Assembly (NCBI RefSeq): GCF_963921235.1
Contig: NC_086118.1
Span: 13,828,001 to 13,892,000, forward strand
DNA: 64,000 nt
Origin: Mobula hypostoma
Lineage: Eukaryota
Reading direction: 5' to 3'
Under the pieces are notes generated by a model, which worked only from the letters and a program-made list of their open reading frames with translations, did no database searches and had not been told where the DNA came from. Shown in pieces: positions 25,331-37,129 of this stretch (its first letter is position 1; each line of letters begins with the position of its first letter). The position numbers and the translations under genes were made by a program.

Positions 25331-26014
25331 AGAAGATATCCCACAGCTGTCTTCCATATCATGATTCTCCAAGTGATGTATGGAGAAGTGCTTCAGAAAT
25401 ATATCAGTTGTCTACTGAGTCGATGTCTACAACAATACAAATAAAGTTAGTGCCCATGTGCAGCGAATGTCAGAAATAGGTAAAATACATAATATACTGA
25501 AGAGGTTATGGCCTTGAAGTGATGACCACCTTGGCCATTGTAGGTTGTGAGAGTTGGCTTGTTCACATTCAACTGATGATGGATACTGATCATGATCGAA
25601 CACCCGAAGATGAAAGACTTGTGAGTCATTAGAATTCGAACACAGCCTTCCAAACCTTCTTTCCGTAAGAAGCATTTCTTGAGAAATATTCCATTGTGGC
25701 AGTGGGACCCAGTTCACTTGCAGAGAATTTAGAGCTTGCAGTGAGATAAGGGTTTAGTGTTGTGATCTTTTCCTGACCCCATCTGAAGGAACATGTTTTC
25801 CTGAGAAATGTGTCCAAGCCAAAAATATTCAGAGCATGTACAGGATCCAGTTATGAAAATTTTGAACACTCCTAAAGTTATTGATAAAATTAAGATGGCA
25901 TTTCCAAAAGCATGTGACAGCTCACAGGTAGTAAAAAAAGTTAAGAAATCCAACTAAAAACATCACTAAAAATACTGTGCCTTTTCTGAGGTAAATTGTG
26001 TTAAATTATCACCG

Positions 26015-26720
26015 CTAATAGTGAAGAGACGAACGATGTGGGGCGGTTTGGGGGATGTGCTGAAATCTTGTGATGCAAAATCGATGCAGATGGGCTTCTG
26101 ATGCTTGTACAACTAGCCCAGGTGCAAGGTAGAATCGCTCTGGGAGCTGAGAGGAGAAGTCAGGCATGGGCAGAGGAGGTTCAATGTCTGTACAACTGGC
26201 CCAGGAACGTGGTTGGATCACCCTGGACGCCAACTGAGAGCAGCTTCGGACTTGGAGGCAAAATCTAGTCCCAGAGTGAGTATCTAGGCAGCATAGTCTA
26301 GGCCTCGAGCCTAGTGCGGAGGTACGATCCACTATTCAGACGATTTAAGTGCTGGCACAGATCGCAGGCGAGTGCTGATTTCGCTCACTCTCCACGATAT
26401 TCACTCCTCTCTCCAGGATGCCAAAGCCTTTTGCTATCCCCGTTGTTTGGTCAATTTAAACACCGACCCAGAGAGACTGAAAAGACAGGGTGTTGGGATC
26501 CGAGATAAGAGCCAATTCCGCTTGTTCTCCGCGATGGTCCTCTCTCCGTGGTGCCTAGGCTATGAAGGCTGCTCCAGCTGCTGTGCTCCATGCCCGCCAA
26601 TATGATGGACTAATAAACAAGACTTTGGGCCTTCTCCGGGCTGCTCCAGAGTACGGATCTGAGGACACAATTTGGTTCGGAATGTTGTTGTTCGCTTCAA
26701 TTGTTAGCTTGATTTAGAAC
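26015..26720 (+). mobile_element. Unclassified GC-rich interspersed repeat (related to 52140-52300, minus)
   Basis: GATTTAAGTGCTGG and AAAGACAGGGTGTTGGGATC motifs recur as reverse complement near 52240-52290. Confidence 0.45.
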
Positions 26721-26849
26721 CATAGAACACTACATGTGAGAAAACAAATCTCGAGTTTGTATAATTTATGTACTTTGTATCTTCGAAAGTTGTTGAACAA
26801 AGAACTGCAGCACAATTTGTGCAATATTTGTACCACGATTGTTCTGCAC

Positions 26850-27370
26850 TGTTGGCGGAGGGAATGGATGTTTGGAGTTGCTCATAAGGTGCTTATCAAG
26901 TGGGCTGTCTTATCTTATCCTGGATGTTGTTCAACTTCTTGAGTGTTCCTAGTGCTGTACTTGTCCAAGTTATGCGGAATATCTCATCATGGTCATTTTT
27001 TTGTCTTTGAACATAGTGACTGTCAGGAAGTGAGCCAGGATATCTAATCTCCCACCTGGACCAGTAGCCACAGTGTTTATGTAGCTAATATAGTTGAATT
27101 TCTTATCAACAGTGACCCTCAGGAAATTGGTGTTGGGACCCACGGCATTGGTAATGTCATTGAATGCTCAGGTGGAAATTTAAGCTCTCTGTCGTTGGAG
27201 ATGAGCATTGCCTGGAACTGCAATGTGGTGCAAAGGCGACTTGCTACATATTAGTCCACGTCTAAATCTTTTCAAGGTCTTCCTGTGTACTGGCATTGAT
27301 TGCTTCTTTTGATGTGGGTGTGCAAATGAAATTGCATGTTGTATAATTATCAGCAAGAATCCCCCGTCTT
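26850..27370 (-). mobile_element. Old L2/Crack-like LINE RT 3' fragment
   Basis: Degenerate minus-strand reading like ..LKKLNNIQDK..AHLI and LRVTVDKKFN. Confidence 0.45.
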
Positions 27371-28065
27371 GGCAGAGCTATTGCTTAATCAACATTTTCA
27401 GCGCAGTCACTTTGATATTTAGACTTTAATTATTCTGTCATGTCCATACCAACTTGTTTTCAATGACAATATATTTATACCTGAAGAAAAACAATTCACC
27501 ATAAAATTAATAACTGCATACAATCGCTAACTTTACTTCCTCCTTAGAAATAAAAAGTGATGTTAAAATTGACTACTAGCTCCGTATCATTATTCAAAAT
27601 TATTGTAGCACATTGACAAATAGTTTTATAACAGAGTCAAAGTCTATTGTTAAGATGAAAATCAATCCTCACTGTACAGATGCACGATCCTTTTTTAAAA
27701 CAGTTATTTAATTTTTGTATATTATGTAATTTTAACAGATAAATAGCAAGCCATCCAGCATTTGAGATTCTCAATCAGTACAGAATAAAAATGTAGGTAA
27801 TACATTCACAGTGCACCAAGTGATGGGAAACTGTTTTTACTAATATGAAAAATTACAAGTTGCTCCTATGATAACATGGACGAAGAAATATATAATGGAC
27901 AAACAGCAAACAAAAAAATGTGACAGAAGTATCTAGAAGCTTGTAGAGAGGAAGTACTTTATGTACTGATGTAAGATTCTACGTGCAACATATACTATTT
28001 CCATCACTTTGATCGCAAAGTACAGGGAAATATTTTCATTAGAAATAAGCAGAATGAAGAGAATT

Positions 28066-28866
28066 AAGAGAAAATCTACAGATGCTGGAAATCTGAGCAA
28101 CACACACAAAATGCTGCAGGAACTCAGCAGGCCAGATAGCATCTGTGGAAAAGAGTACAATCGACATTTTGGGCCAACACCCTTCAGCAGGACTGGAGAA
28201 AAGAAGATGAGGAGTAGATTTAAAAGGTGGGGGTAGGGGAGGGAGAAACACAAGTTGATAGGTAAAACCGGGAAGGGGAGGAGCGAAGTAATGAGAAAAA
28301 GTGTGGTCTGCCAGTTGCCACCTACTTTAATTCCACTTCCTAATCCAATTCTGATATGTCTATCCATGGCCTCTTCTACTGTCGTGATGATGCCACACCC
28401 AGGCTGAAGGAACAACACATTATATTCCGTCTCGGTAGTCTCTAACCTGATGGCATAAACATCAATTTCTCAAATTCCAGGTAATGCATTCCCCCACCCT
28501 TCCTTCACCATTTCCCATCTCCTTTTCCCTCTCTCACCTTATCTCCTTGCCTGTCCATCACCTCTCTCTGGTGCTCCTCCCCCCTTTTCTTTCTTCCAAA
28601 GCCTTCCGTCCTCTCCTATCAGACTCCCCCTTCTCCAGCCCTGTATCTCTTTCACCAATCAATTTCCCACCACTTTACTTCACCCCATCCCCCCCCCCAA
28701 CATCACCTATCACCTTATGTTTCTCCCTCCCCTACTCCCACCTTTTAACTCTACTCCTCACCTATTTTTTCTCCAGTCCTGCAGAAGTTGTCTCGGCCCA
28801 AAGTGTCGGCTGTACTTTTTCCATAGGTGCTGCCTGGCTGTTGAGTTCCTCCAGCATTTTGTGAGA
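28066..28866. mobile_element. Penelope 3' fragment (plus, ~28293-28866) preceded by an inverted copy of its terminal repeat (minus, ~28066-28290)
   Basis: The plus arm has the GIY-YIG tail (LPVATYFNS...) and 3' repeat; the minus arm is the reverse-complement 3' repeat. Both carry decayed hammerhead motifs. Confidence 0.85.
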
Positions 28867-30938
28867 GTTGAATGAAGATAAATGTTGACTTAAGAAAATC
28901 AAGTGGATCTTATTTAAGATAATATTTGTGATTTCATTTTGTTTTCTTTTCTAAACATATACTAGTAATAAATTTCTGTAATGAGGTAATATGCTTGCAT
29001 TCAAATGCCTTGCAAATAGCACTGTTGTTTAGTCTAAAATAGTTGGACTTGGGTTATAAACATGAAAAGTAAAGTGATACATAGCTTCCATGGACTGCCT
29101 TGTGAATATTAGAACTTTCATGATTCTGTTGAATAACGCCGTCATGGTGAAAAACCAGGGCAAACAGAAGTGAATGTTTATGCCCTCCTTATTAATATAT
29201 GCAACACAAGTGCTTTGTAAACACTGAGAGTAATCTGGAGCCCACACAGAGCTGGGATTCTAGTTAACAAAAAAAATGTTCTTGTGATAGTTTTTAAAAA
29301 TTCTTATGGTGAACAGTGATCATTGTAGAATCTTAGCTTTGAAGGCCAGTAACATTGATGACCAGTCTGTGGGTTCCAGGTTTTTGTCGCATTCATCTTT
29401 TTCAAAGCACTTACTTTCTTTACCATGAAGGATATGAATAGGCATCTTAAAGTGTGTTCATTTTTTAAATCATAGTTGTGATATTCATTAGAATTAATTC
29501 GCCAACTGTTCTTTCACTTTGTAACCTCTTCAGGGTATGTGGCGGTTAAACTGACAATACCAATTGGCTCAGAAACACAAAAGGTTTGATATCAGAAGAT
29601 CCTATTTCATTGGCCCAGGAACATTTCGCAAACATCCTTGTAAGTCTGAGGAAGTTCACATATAAAACATATTGATTAAGTGTGACTTCTGCCAACATAT
29701 TGATTAATATAAAGTCACAAAAACATCAGAATCAGTCAGAGAGCAGGATAGATGCTCTCCTATAAGCCATTCAGTCAAGACTGAAGATCAGTGGACACAG
29801 AAAAGCCAGCTCTTTGCTTTACTATTTTGATGTAAGCACACTAACTCTATGTCAAGAGATTCATTGATCAGCTGCCTGTTAGAAATGTTGCTTTTTCCTG
29901 AGACTTTTCAATATAGATGAATGTAATGTTTATTTTAAAAGAAAGGAAAATGTATCATTTATTGATCTATTCCATATTTTCTTCCAATCCTTTTAATCTT
30001 TGACATTTCACCTTACATGCAATTTGCAGATCCATTCTGTATTCGGTACACAACAAGATATTTGAACTATCTGAGCTTGGGTATGAAAAATGACCGACAG
30101 ACATCAGTGCTAACCAAAGGGAAGTTGTTTGTGAATTGATGTCCCAGATCTGGCACCAAAGAAAGCAATCTACAAAGATCTAATGTGTTCACTGCTTTCG
30201 AGAATAGAACTTCACTTTTCCAATATCAGATACATCATGTTACTCAGCCTCCATCCTCAGCAGCTACTTAAAGAATTTCCAAATAAACCAAACTAAAATA
30301 AAATGCACTTTTGTCTTAATTTAAAGAGAAGCAAATAAAGAGATAGTTAGATTGATAGAGAATGTAATACCATCAACAACAAAAAGGTGATTTTTAATTG
30401 GCTGACAAAATATTGAATTTTTAAATAATAATAACCCTTCAGCCACTCACCCACCTCATTTCCAAAAGGGAGATCAAGTATTGCCCCTTCTCTAGTAGAG
30501 TATTCTTTTTATCACTTGAGAATACTTTCCTGAACTTTCTAACAAATGCTGCCTTAGCTAAACCTTTTGCATTTCTTGTTAATATTTGTGAAGTTAAGAT
30601 CAACTAATATTTCCAGAGCCTGCCGGCCCCGACGCTAGCAGGCATGAACTTTCAATTGCGGCCCCTGCCATTGATCTCGGCGGCTCCAACACCTCAGGAC
30701 ATATTCAAAACCCGGACTCCAGCAACGACCATGGACACCTTCACAGCGATTGTGCAACCACCAACTGCGACTCCAGCCTTGAACTCCAGGCCGGGTCTTT
30801 ATGTGCTGCTGCTGTGACTCCCGTCTCCCCTTCCCCCACCACCACTCTGCAACCCCGTCTTCCTCAGATCCCACCGTCAGCTCCTGGGCCCTCAGAGGCT
30901 CCATCTTCCTCTCACCCCAACCCTCCCCTCTCCACTGA

Positions 30939-33179
30939 CACCCCCAGCCTCCCCCCTCCCCCTCTGATCCCAGTTCTCATCCGTGCCAGGTCTTTACCAT
31001 CCCCTCCGACCTTCAACTGTCGGAGGCAGAACGCTCTGTCCTCAGTAAGGGCCTCACGTTTTTCCCCCTTCGCCCACACCTCAGCGAGTTCCGTGTTCGC
31101 CACGATGCGGAACTTTTCTTCCGCCGTCTCCGTCTCCGAGCCTACTTCTTCGGCAAGGACTCTTCCACCCCCACCGATGACCCCTTCTCCCGTCTTCAAC
31201 CCTCCTCTTCTTCATGGACACCCCGCTCTGGTCTTCTGCCTGCTCTGGATCTCTTTATTGCCAATTGCCGGCAGGACATCAACCGTCTCGACTTCACCAC
31301 ACCTTGTCCCCATTCCAACCTCACTCCTTCGGAACACTCTGCTCTCCACTCCCTCCGCACTAATCCTAACCTTATTATTAAACCCGCTGATAAAGGGGGT
31401 GCTGTTGTAGTCTGGCGTACTGACCTCTACCTTGCCGAGGCACAGCGACAACTCGCGGATACCTCCTCTTATTTACCCCTCGATCGTGACCCCACTAAGG
31501 AGCACCAGGCCATTGTCTCCCACACTATCAACGACTTTATCCGCTCAGGGGATCTCCCATCCACTGCTACCAACCTTATAGTTCCCACACCCTGCACTTC
31601 CCGTTTCTACCTCCTACCCAAGATCCACAAACCTGCCTGCCCTGGCCGACCTATTTTCTCAGCTTGCTCCTGCCCCACCGAACTCGTTTCTGCATACCTC
31701 GACACTGTTTTATCACCCCTTGTTCAATCCCTTCCGACCTATGTTCGTGACACTTCTCACGCTCTAAAACTTTTCGATGATTTTAAGTTCCCTGGCCCCC
31801 ACCGCTTTATTTTCACCATGGATGTCCAGTCCTTATATACTTCCATCCCCCATCAGGAAGGTCTCAAAGCTCTACGCTTCTTTTTGGATTCCAGACCTAA
31901 TCAGTTCCCCTCTACCACCACTCTGCTCCGTCTAGCGGAATTAGTCCTTACTCTTAATAATTTCTCCTTTTGCTCCTCCCATTTCCTCCAAACTAAAGGT
32001 GTAGCTATGGGCACACGTATGGGTCCTAGCTATGCCTGCCTTTTTGTTGGGTTTGTGGAACAATCTATGTTCCGTGCCTATTCTGGTATCTGTCCCCCAC
32101 TTTTCCTTCGCTATATCGACGACTGCATTGGCGCTGCTTCCTGCACGCATGCAGAACTCGTTGACTTTATTAACTTTGCCTCCAACTTTCACCCTGCCCT
32201 CAAGTTTACCTGGTCTATTTCCGACACCTCCCTCCCCTTTCTAGATCTTTCTGTCTCTGTCTCTGGAGACAGCTTATCCACTGATGTCTACTATAAGCCT
32301 ACTGACTCTCACAGCTATCTGGACTATTCCTCTTCTCACCCTGTCTCTTGCAAAAACGCCATCCCCTTCTCGCAATTCCTCCGTCTCTGCTGCATCTGCT
32401 CTCAGGATGAGGCTTTTCATTCTAGGACGAGGGAGATGTCTTCATTTTTTAAAGAAAGGGGCTTCCCTTCCTCCACTATCAACTCTGCTCTTAAACGCAT
32501 CTCCTCCATTTCACGTACATCTGCTCTCACTCCATCCTCCCACCACCCCACTAGGAATAGGGTTCCCCTGGTCCTCACCTACCACCCCACCAGCCTCCGG
32601 GTCCAACATATTATTCTCCGTAACTTCCGCCACCTCCAACGGGATCCCACCACTAAGCACATCTTTCCCTCCCCCCCTCTCTCTGCATTCCGCAGGGATC
32701 GCTCCCTACACAACTCCCTTGTCCATTCGTCCCCCCCATCCCTCCCCACTGATCTCCCTCCTGGCACTTATCCGTGTAAGCGGAACAAGTGCTACACATG
32801 CCCTTACACTTCCTCCCTTACCACCATTCAGGGCCCCAAACAGTCCTTCCAGGTGAGGCATCACTTCACCTGTGAGTCGACTGGGGTGATATACTGCGTC
32901 CGGTGCTCCCGATGTGGCCTTTTATATATTGGTGAGACCCGATGCAGACTGGGAGACCGCTTTGCTGAACATCTACGCTCTGTCCGCCAGAGAAAGCAGG
33001 ATCTCCCAGTGGCCACACATTTTAATTCCACATCCCATTCCCATTCTGACATGTCTATCCACGGCCTCCTCTACTGTAAAGATGAAGCCACACTCAGGTT
33101 GGAGGAACAACACCTTATATTCCGTCTGGGTAGCCTCCAACCTGATGGCATGAACATTGACTTCTCTAACTTCCGCTAG
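30939..33179 (+). CDS. Penelope polyprotein: N-terminal domain, DKG motif, RT (YIDD), Cys linker, GIY-YIG endonuclease; 746 sense codons, no in-frame ATG before 31818
   Basis: Manual translation upstream of ORF 31818-33179 stays open back to TGA at 30936-30938: LSKGLTFFP, FFRRLRLRAYF, IIKPADKGGAVVVW, LLPKIHK, GRPIFS. Confidence 0.85.
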   Translation, partial: HPQPPPSPSDPSSHPCQVFTIPSDLQLSEAERSVLSKGLTFFPLRPHLSEFRVRHDAELFFRRLRLRAYFFGKDSSTPTDDPFSRLQPSSSSWTPRSGLLPALDLFIANCRQDINRLDFTTPCPHSNLTPSEHSALHSLRTNPNLIIKPADKGGAVVVWRTDLYLAEAQRQLADTSSYLPLDRDPTKEHQAIVSHTINDFIRSGDLPSTATNLIVPTPCTSRFYLLPKIHKPACPGRPIFSACSCPTELVSAYLDTVLSPLVQSLPTYVRDTSHALKLFDDFKFPGPHRFIFTMDVQSLYTSIPHQEGLKALRFFLDSRPNQFPSTTTLLRLAELVLTLNNFSFCSSHFLQTKGVAMGTRMGPSYACLFVGFVEQSMFRAYSGICPPLFLRYIDDCIGAASCTHAELVDFINFASNFHPALKFTWSISDTSLPFLDLSVSVSGDSLSTDVYYKPTDSHSYLDYSSSHPVSCKNAIPFSQFLRLCCICSQDEAFHSRTREMSSFFKERGFPSSTINSALKRISSISRTSALTPSSHHPTRNRVPLVLTYHPTSLRVQHIILRNFRHLQRDPTTKHIFPSPPLSAFRRDRSLHNSLVHSSPPSLPTDLPPGTYPCKRNKCYTCPYTSSLTTIQGPKQSFQVRHHFTCESTGVIYCVRCSRCGLLYIGETRCRLGDRFAEHLRSVRQRKQDLPVATHFNSTSHSHSDMSIHGLLYCKDEATLRLEEQHLIFRLGSLQPDGMNIDFSNFR

Positions 33180-33474
33180 GCCCCACCTCCCCCTCGTACC
33201 CCAGCTGTTACTCATTTTTATGCACACATTCTTTCTCTCACTCTCCTTTTTCTCCCTCTGTCCCTCTGAATATACCTCTTGCCCATCCTCTGGGTCACCC
33301 CCCCCCCCCGTCTTTCTTCCCGGACCTCCTGTCCCATGATCCTCTCGTATCCCCTTTTGCCTATCACCTGTCCAGCTCTCGGCTCTATCCCTCCCCCTCC
33401 TGTCTTCTCCTATCATTTTGCATCTCCCCCTCCCCCTCCAGCTTTCAAATCCCTTACTCACTCTTCCTTCAGTT

Positions 33475-33510
33475 AGTCCTGACGAAGGGTCTCGGCCTGA
33501 AACGTCGACT
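33475..33510 (+). ncRNA. Minimal type I hammerhead ribozyme motif, intact core; predicted cleavage after C33506
   Basis: AGTC-CTGACGA-A-GGGT CTCG GCCT-GAAA-CG-TC^-GACT. Confidence 0.85.
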
Positions 33511-33659
33511 GCGCCTCTTCCTATAGATGCTGCTTGGCCTGCTGCGTTCACCAGCAACTTTGATGTATGTTGCAGTCCTATTATTTCTACATCCATCTGG
33601 ACTTGCCCTACATATTTGCTCCACTAATTGCCCATGATTATTAAGGGACTTACTTATAG

Positions 33660-34335
33660 TATAGAACATAGAATATCACAGCAAAATTCGGTACGTTCAG
33701 CCCTCAATATTGTGCTGAACTTTTAAGCTACTCTAAGGACAATCTAACCTTTCCCACCTACATAGTGCTCTAGCTTTATATTATCCATGTGCCTAAGAGT
33801 TTCTTAAATGTCCCTAATATATTTGTCTCTACCACCCCCCAGCCATAAAAGGAATTACTTCTGAATTCCCCCCCCATCCCCCCCATACATTCCTCCAATC
33901 TTCTTTTGAGTTATTTTTTATTTAGTAATACAGCATCAAGTAGACCCTTCCAGCCCCTCAAGCAGTGCCAACCATCCTGATTTAACCCTAAATTGTTCAA
34001 TTTACAATGACCAATTAGCCTCCCCATTTGACTTTGGACATCGGGTGGAAATCGAAGGCCCTGGGTAAAATCCACGCATTCTACGGAGAGGACATACAGA
34101 TTCCTAACAGAGGACACTGGGATTGAACTCCGAATGTTGAGCTGGAATAGTGTCACACTGACCACTGTGCTAACATGGCCCATTGCCTTAGTCATTTTCA
34201 CCCCTGGAAAAATCTCTGGCTATTCGCTCTACCTATGCCTTTTATCACCTTGTACACCTCTATCAGGTCCCTTCTCATCCTCGTTTGCTCCAAACAGAAA
34301 AATCGTAGCTCGGTCAACCTATCTTCATTAGGCAT
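33660..34335 (-). mobile_element. Old CR1 3' fragment interrupted by a V-SINE
   Basis: ATAGAACATAGAA tail and CR1 3' similarity at 33660-33900 and 34180-34335. Confidence 0.6.
33920..34178 (-). mobile_element. V-SINE (HE1-like)
   Basis: tRNA-like head (TAGCACAGTGG; GTTCAATCC), V-domain-like TGTATGTCCTCTCCGTAGAATGCGTGGATTT, CR1-like tail. Confidence 0.75.
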
Positions 34336-34529
34336 GCCTTCTCATCTTGGCTAGATGGTATAATCTCATTAAAGTGATCATCTCTTTCTTATTTCTAAGT
34401 TATACCCATATGACCTCAATGGATGCTTTCCCAGGAATATCTTCTCTAAGTATTGCTGTGATGTTCTCCGTAATTAGTACTGTAACTCAGCCTCCTCTCT
34501 TACTCTATCACAATAGTACCACCTGTACC

Positions 34530-35230
34530 CAGAATGCTCTTGCCAGTTTTGCACATCCATCAACCATGTTCCTGTATTAGCTTTAGTATCCCAATCCCAC
34601 ATACCTACCCATGACCTAAGTTCATCCTGCCTTACCTATCAAACTTCTTGCATTGAAGCAAATTGAGTTTAGCGCATCGGTTTAATCTTCCTCATTCACC
34701 GTCCTACCCCTGACTGAGTTGTCTTGGGTGTCCTTCCTTTAATAGCTGTATTTGCCCCATTTTCCTCATCTGACATTCTATTCCTTTGGGTCTCATCCCC
34801 TGCCACCTTCGCCAGCCAAGCTGGTTTAAATCTTCCTGAATCTCACTAATGAATCTCCCCACCATGATATTGGTCCCCTTCTAATTCTTGCTCAACTGAC
34901 TTTTCTAATGCAAGTCATCTCTGCCCCAGAACAGATCTCTGTGGTCCAAGATCTTGAGTCCCTACTGCTGCACAAGTTCCTCAGTTACATATCATTCGCT
35001 CTACCCTCCTATTCCTATCTTCACTAGCATGGGGTTCCAGGAGTAATACAGAGATGATAAACCATGAGGTACTGCTTTTTTTATCTTCTGTGTAACTCTC
35101 TACAGTACATTCCAATTGCTGGACCTTATCCTTATTTCTATGAATGCGTACAATCACCTTTGGCTGCTCAGCTACTTCCTTGAGAATTTTTCTGTAATTG
35201 CTGAGATATGCTTGACCCTGGCTCCCTCAA
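34530..35230 (-). mobile_element. Decayed CR1 ORF1 (esterase-like) / ORF1-ORF2 junction relic
   Basis: Minus strand reads ..GTNIMVGRFISEIQEDLNQLG, resembling the end of CR1 ORF1. Confidence 0.45.
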
Positions 35231-36059
35231 ATCACTTATATGGCCTAAGAGGTTGTTTGACAGTAATTGTAGATTAATGCATTGTTGAAAACTTAGCTAT
35301 AATTTATTCAACAAATATTTTGGGTATTCTTTTTGTCGTCAGATTAGGTTACAAATATTGAAATTCTTGTTCAAGAAGCAAGCTGCCAGAGGAATTTAGC
35401 AGGTCAAGCAATAATCCTCAGTTGGAGGAAATGAAATGTTAATGTTTGGAGTCAAAACCCTGCGTCAGGACTTGTTATTTTCTTCTTGTTATTTGCTACT
35501 TACTGATTCTGGTGATTGTTTTTGTGGGGCAGGCTACCATTGACAGCAACTTCTGCGGTCAGTCTAACCACACCTGTGTATACCCCATTTTTTTTGCTGA
35601 TAAACTTCCTCCATTACAACAGTAAATCCCTGCAGGAAGGCAGCATCTGTCACTAAAGACCATTGCCAACAAGAGGACATGTGCTCTTCTTGTTACTGCC
35701 ATGGTATATAAGCCAGAAGACCCAAACTTAACAAGTCAGAAACAGCTTCGTCCCCTCTGACATCAGATTTCTGAACAGTTCCTGGGCTCTAATTTATTGT
35801 TCCTTTTTCACGATTTATTTACTTTTTTAACATATAGGAATTTGACATCTTTACTGCTGCCACAAACCAACAAATTTCACATCATCCATCAATGATAGTA
35901 GATTTGCTTCTGATTCAATCTTACATTTGCATTTCGTCCCATTTCAAATTGTCAAGAGGTTAATGAAGGAAGGAAATTTACTACTGGTGTTTCCAACAGC
36001 ATCCATCTCTCTAAGTCAGAAATAATTCCAGGAATAATTACATGCTTATTGAAAGCACT

Positions 36060-37052
36060 GGAAAGAATAGCTATGATAATGGAAAAAGGCTAGCAATATC
36101 GTGAAGGATCCCACGCACCCTCCTCAGGGACTGTTTGTCCCACTCCCATCAGAGAGGAGGCCATGTAGCATCCATGCTAGGACCACCAGACTCAAAAACC
36201 CACAGGATAGGCAAGGGGCATAGTGAGAGGGACAGAGGGAGAAAAAGGAGAGAGAGAGAAAGAATGTGTGTATATAAATAAATAAATAACAGATGGGGTA
36301 CGAGGGGGAGGTGGGGCATTAGCAGAAGTTTGAGAAGTCAATGTTCATGCCATCAGGTTGGAGGCTACTCAGATGGAATATAAGGTGTTGTTCCACTAAC
36401 CTGAGTGTGGTTTCATCCTGACAGTAGAGGAGGTCGTGGATAGACATATCAGAATGGGAATGGGTTGCAGAATTAAAATTAGTGGCCACTGGAAGATCCT
36501 GCTTTCTCTGGTGGACAGAGCATAGGTGTTCAGCGAAACAGTCTCCCAGTCTGCGTCGGGTCTCGCCAATGTATAGCAGGCCGCACCAGGAGCACTGGAC
36601 GCAGTATATCACACCAGCTGACTCACAGATGATGTGTCGCCTCACCTGGAAAGACTGTCTGGGGTCCTGAATGGTGGTGAGGGAGGAAGTTTAATGGCAT
36701 GTGTAGCACTTCTACTACTCAAAAACAGTTACTCTCCCCAAGCACGTCCACCCACGAACCCACCCCTCCATATGCCTCACCACCACTACTTAATCATTTC
36801 CTGTCAGAGTCACCTTATGTACAGACACTCCTGTACCTAGCATCACTTTATATACATATATATATATATATATATATGCAATCTATTTATTGAAGTTAGC
36901 TTATGTATTTACATTTATTGTATTTTTTTGTTATTGTGTTCTCTATCTTAGTGTGTGTTTTTATATGTTGTGTCAGGCCTGGACAAATAATAATTATGTT
37001 CTCCTTTACACTTGTGTACTGGAAATGACATCAAATAATCTTGAATCTTGAG
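36060..37052 (+). mobile_element. Rex1/Babar-like 3' fragment split by a Penelope insertion
   Basis: KASNIVKDPTHP..GLFVPLPS..RTTRLKN resumes as KNSYSPQA after 36717; CTTGAATCTTGA tail. Confidence 0.8.
36200..36716 (-). mobile_element. Penelope GIY-YIG fragment lacking the hammerhead terminus, with 10-bp TSD
   Basis: ORF 36319-36645 is GIY-YIG; TSD ACTCAAAAAC at 36190-36199 and 36717-36726. Confidence 0.88.
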
Positions 37053-37129
37053 TATTGATTAGGCCGTTTTGCTGCCTTCTGGAGACAGCATTGAATTCTT
37101 CACATCCACATGCATACAATACAGTTTTG

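Larger units (their letters stand above)
30614..33573 (+). mobile_element. Young Penelope-like element (Neptune-type), 5'-truncated
   Basis: Long RT-GIY-YIG frame, pyrimidine-rich 3' UTR, hammerhead-bearing terminus; possible TSD CTAATATTTC (30604-30613) / CTATTATTTC (33578-33587). Confidence 0.95.

Noticed and set aside
25380..26010. Stretch that reads like a decayed coding sequence (MMDTDHDRTPEDERLVSH..., VIDKIKMAFPKACDSSQVVKKV)
   Set aside because: Frequent stops and no family I can recognise; a BLASTx would be needed to call a processed pseudogene.
29534..29639. Plus-strand AG...GTAAGT-bounded segment containing YVAVK (kinase-like)
   Set aside because: Stops in all frames over the full segment and no other kinase exons nearby.
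32973..33596. 207-aa minus-strand ORF and similar ORFs (3461-3718, 3943-4194, 6744-7025, 7044-7448, 19289-19840, 54153-55148)
   Set aside because: They are antisense or off-frame shadows of retroelement sequence with no independent motifs.
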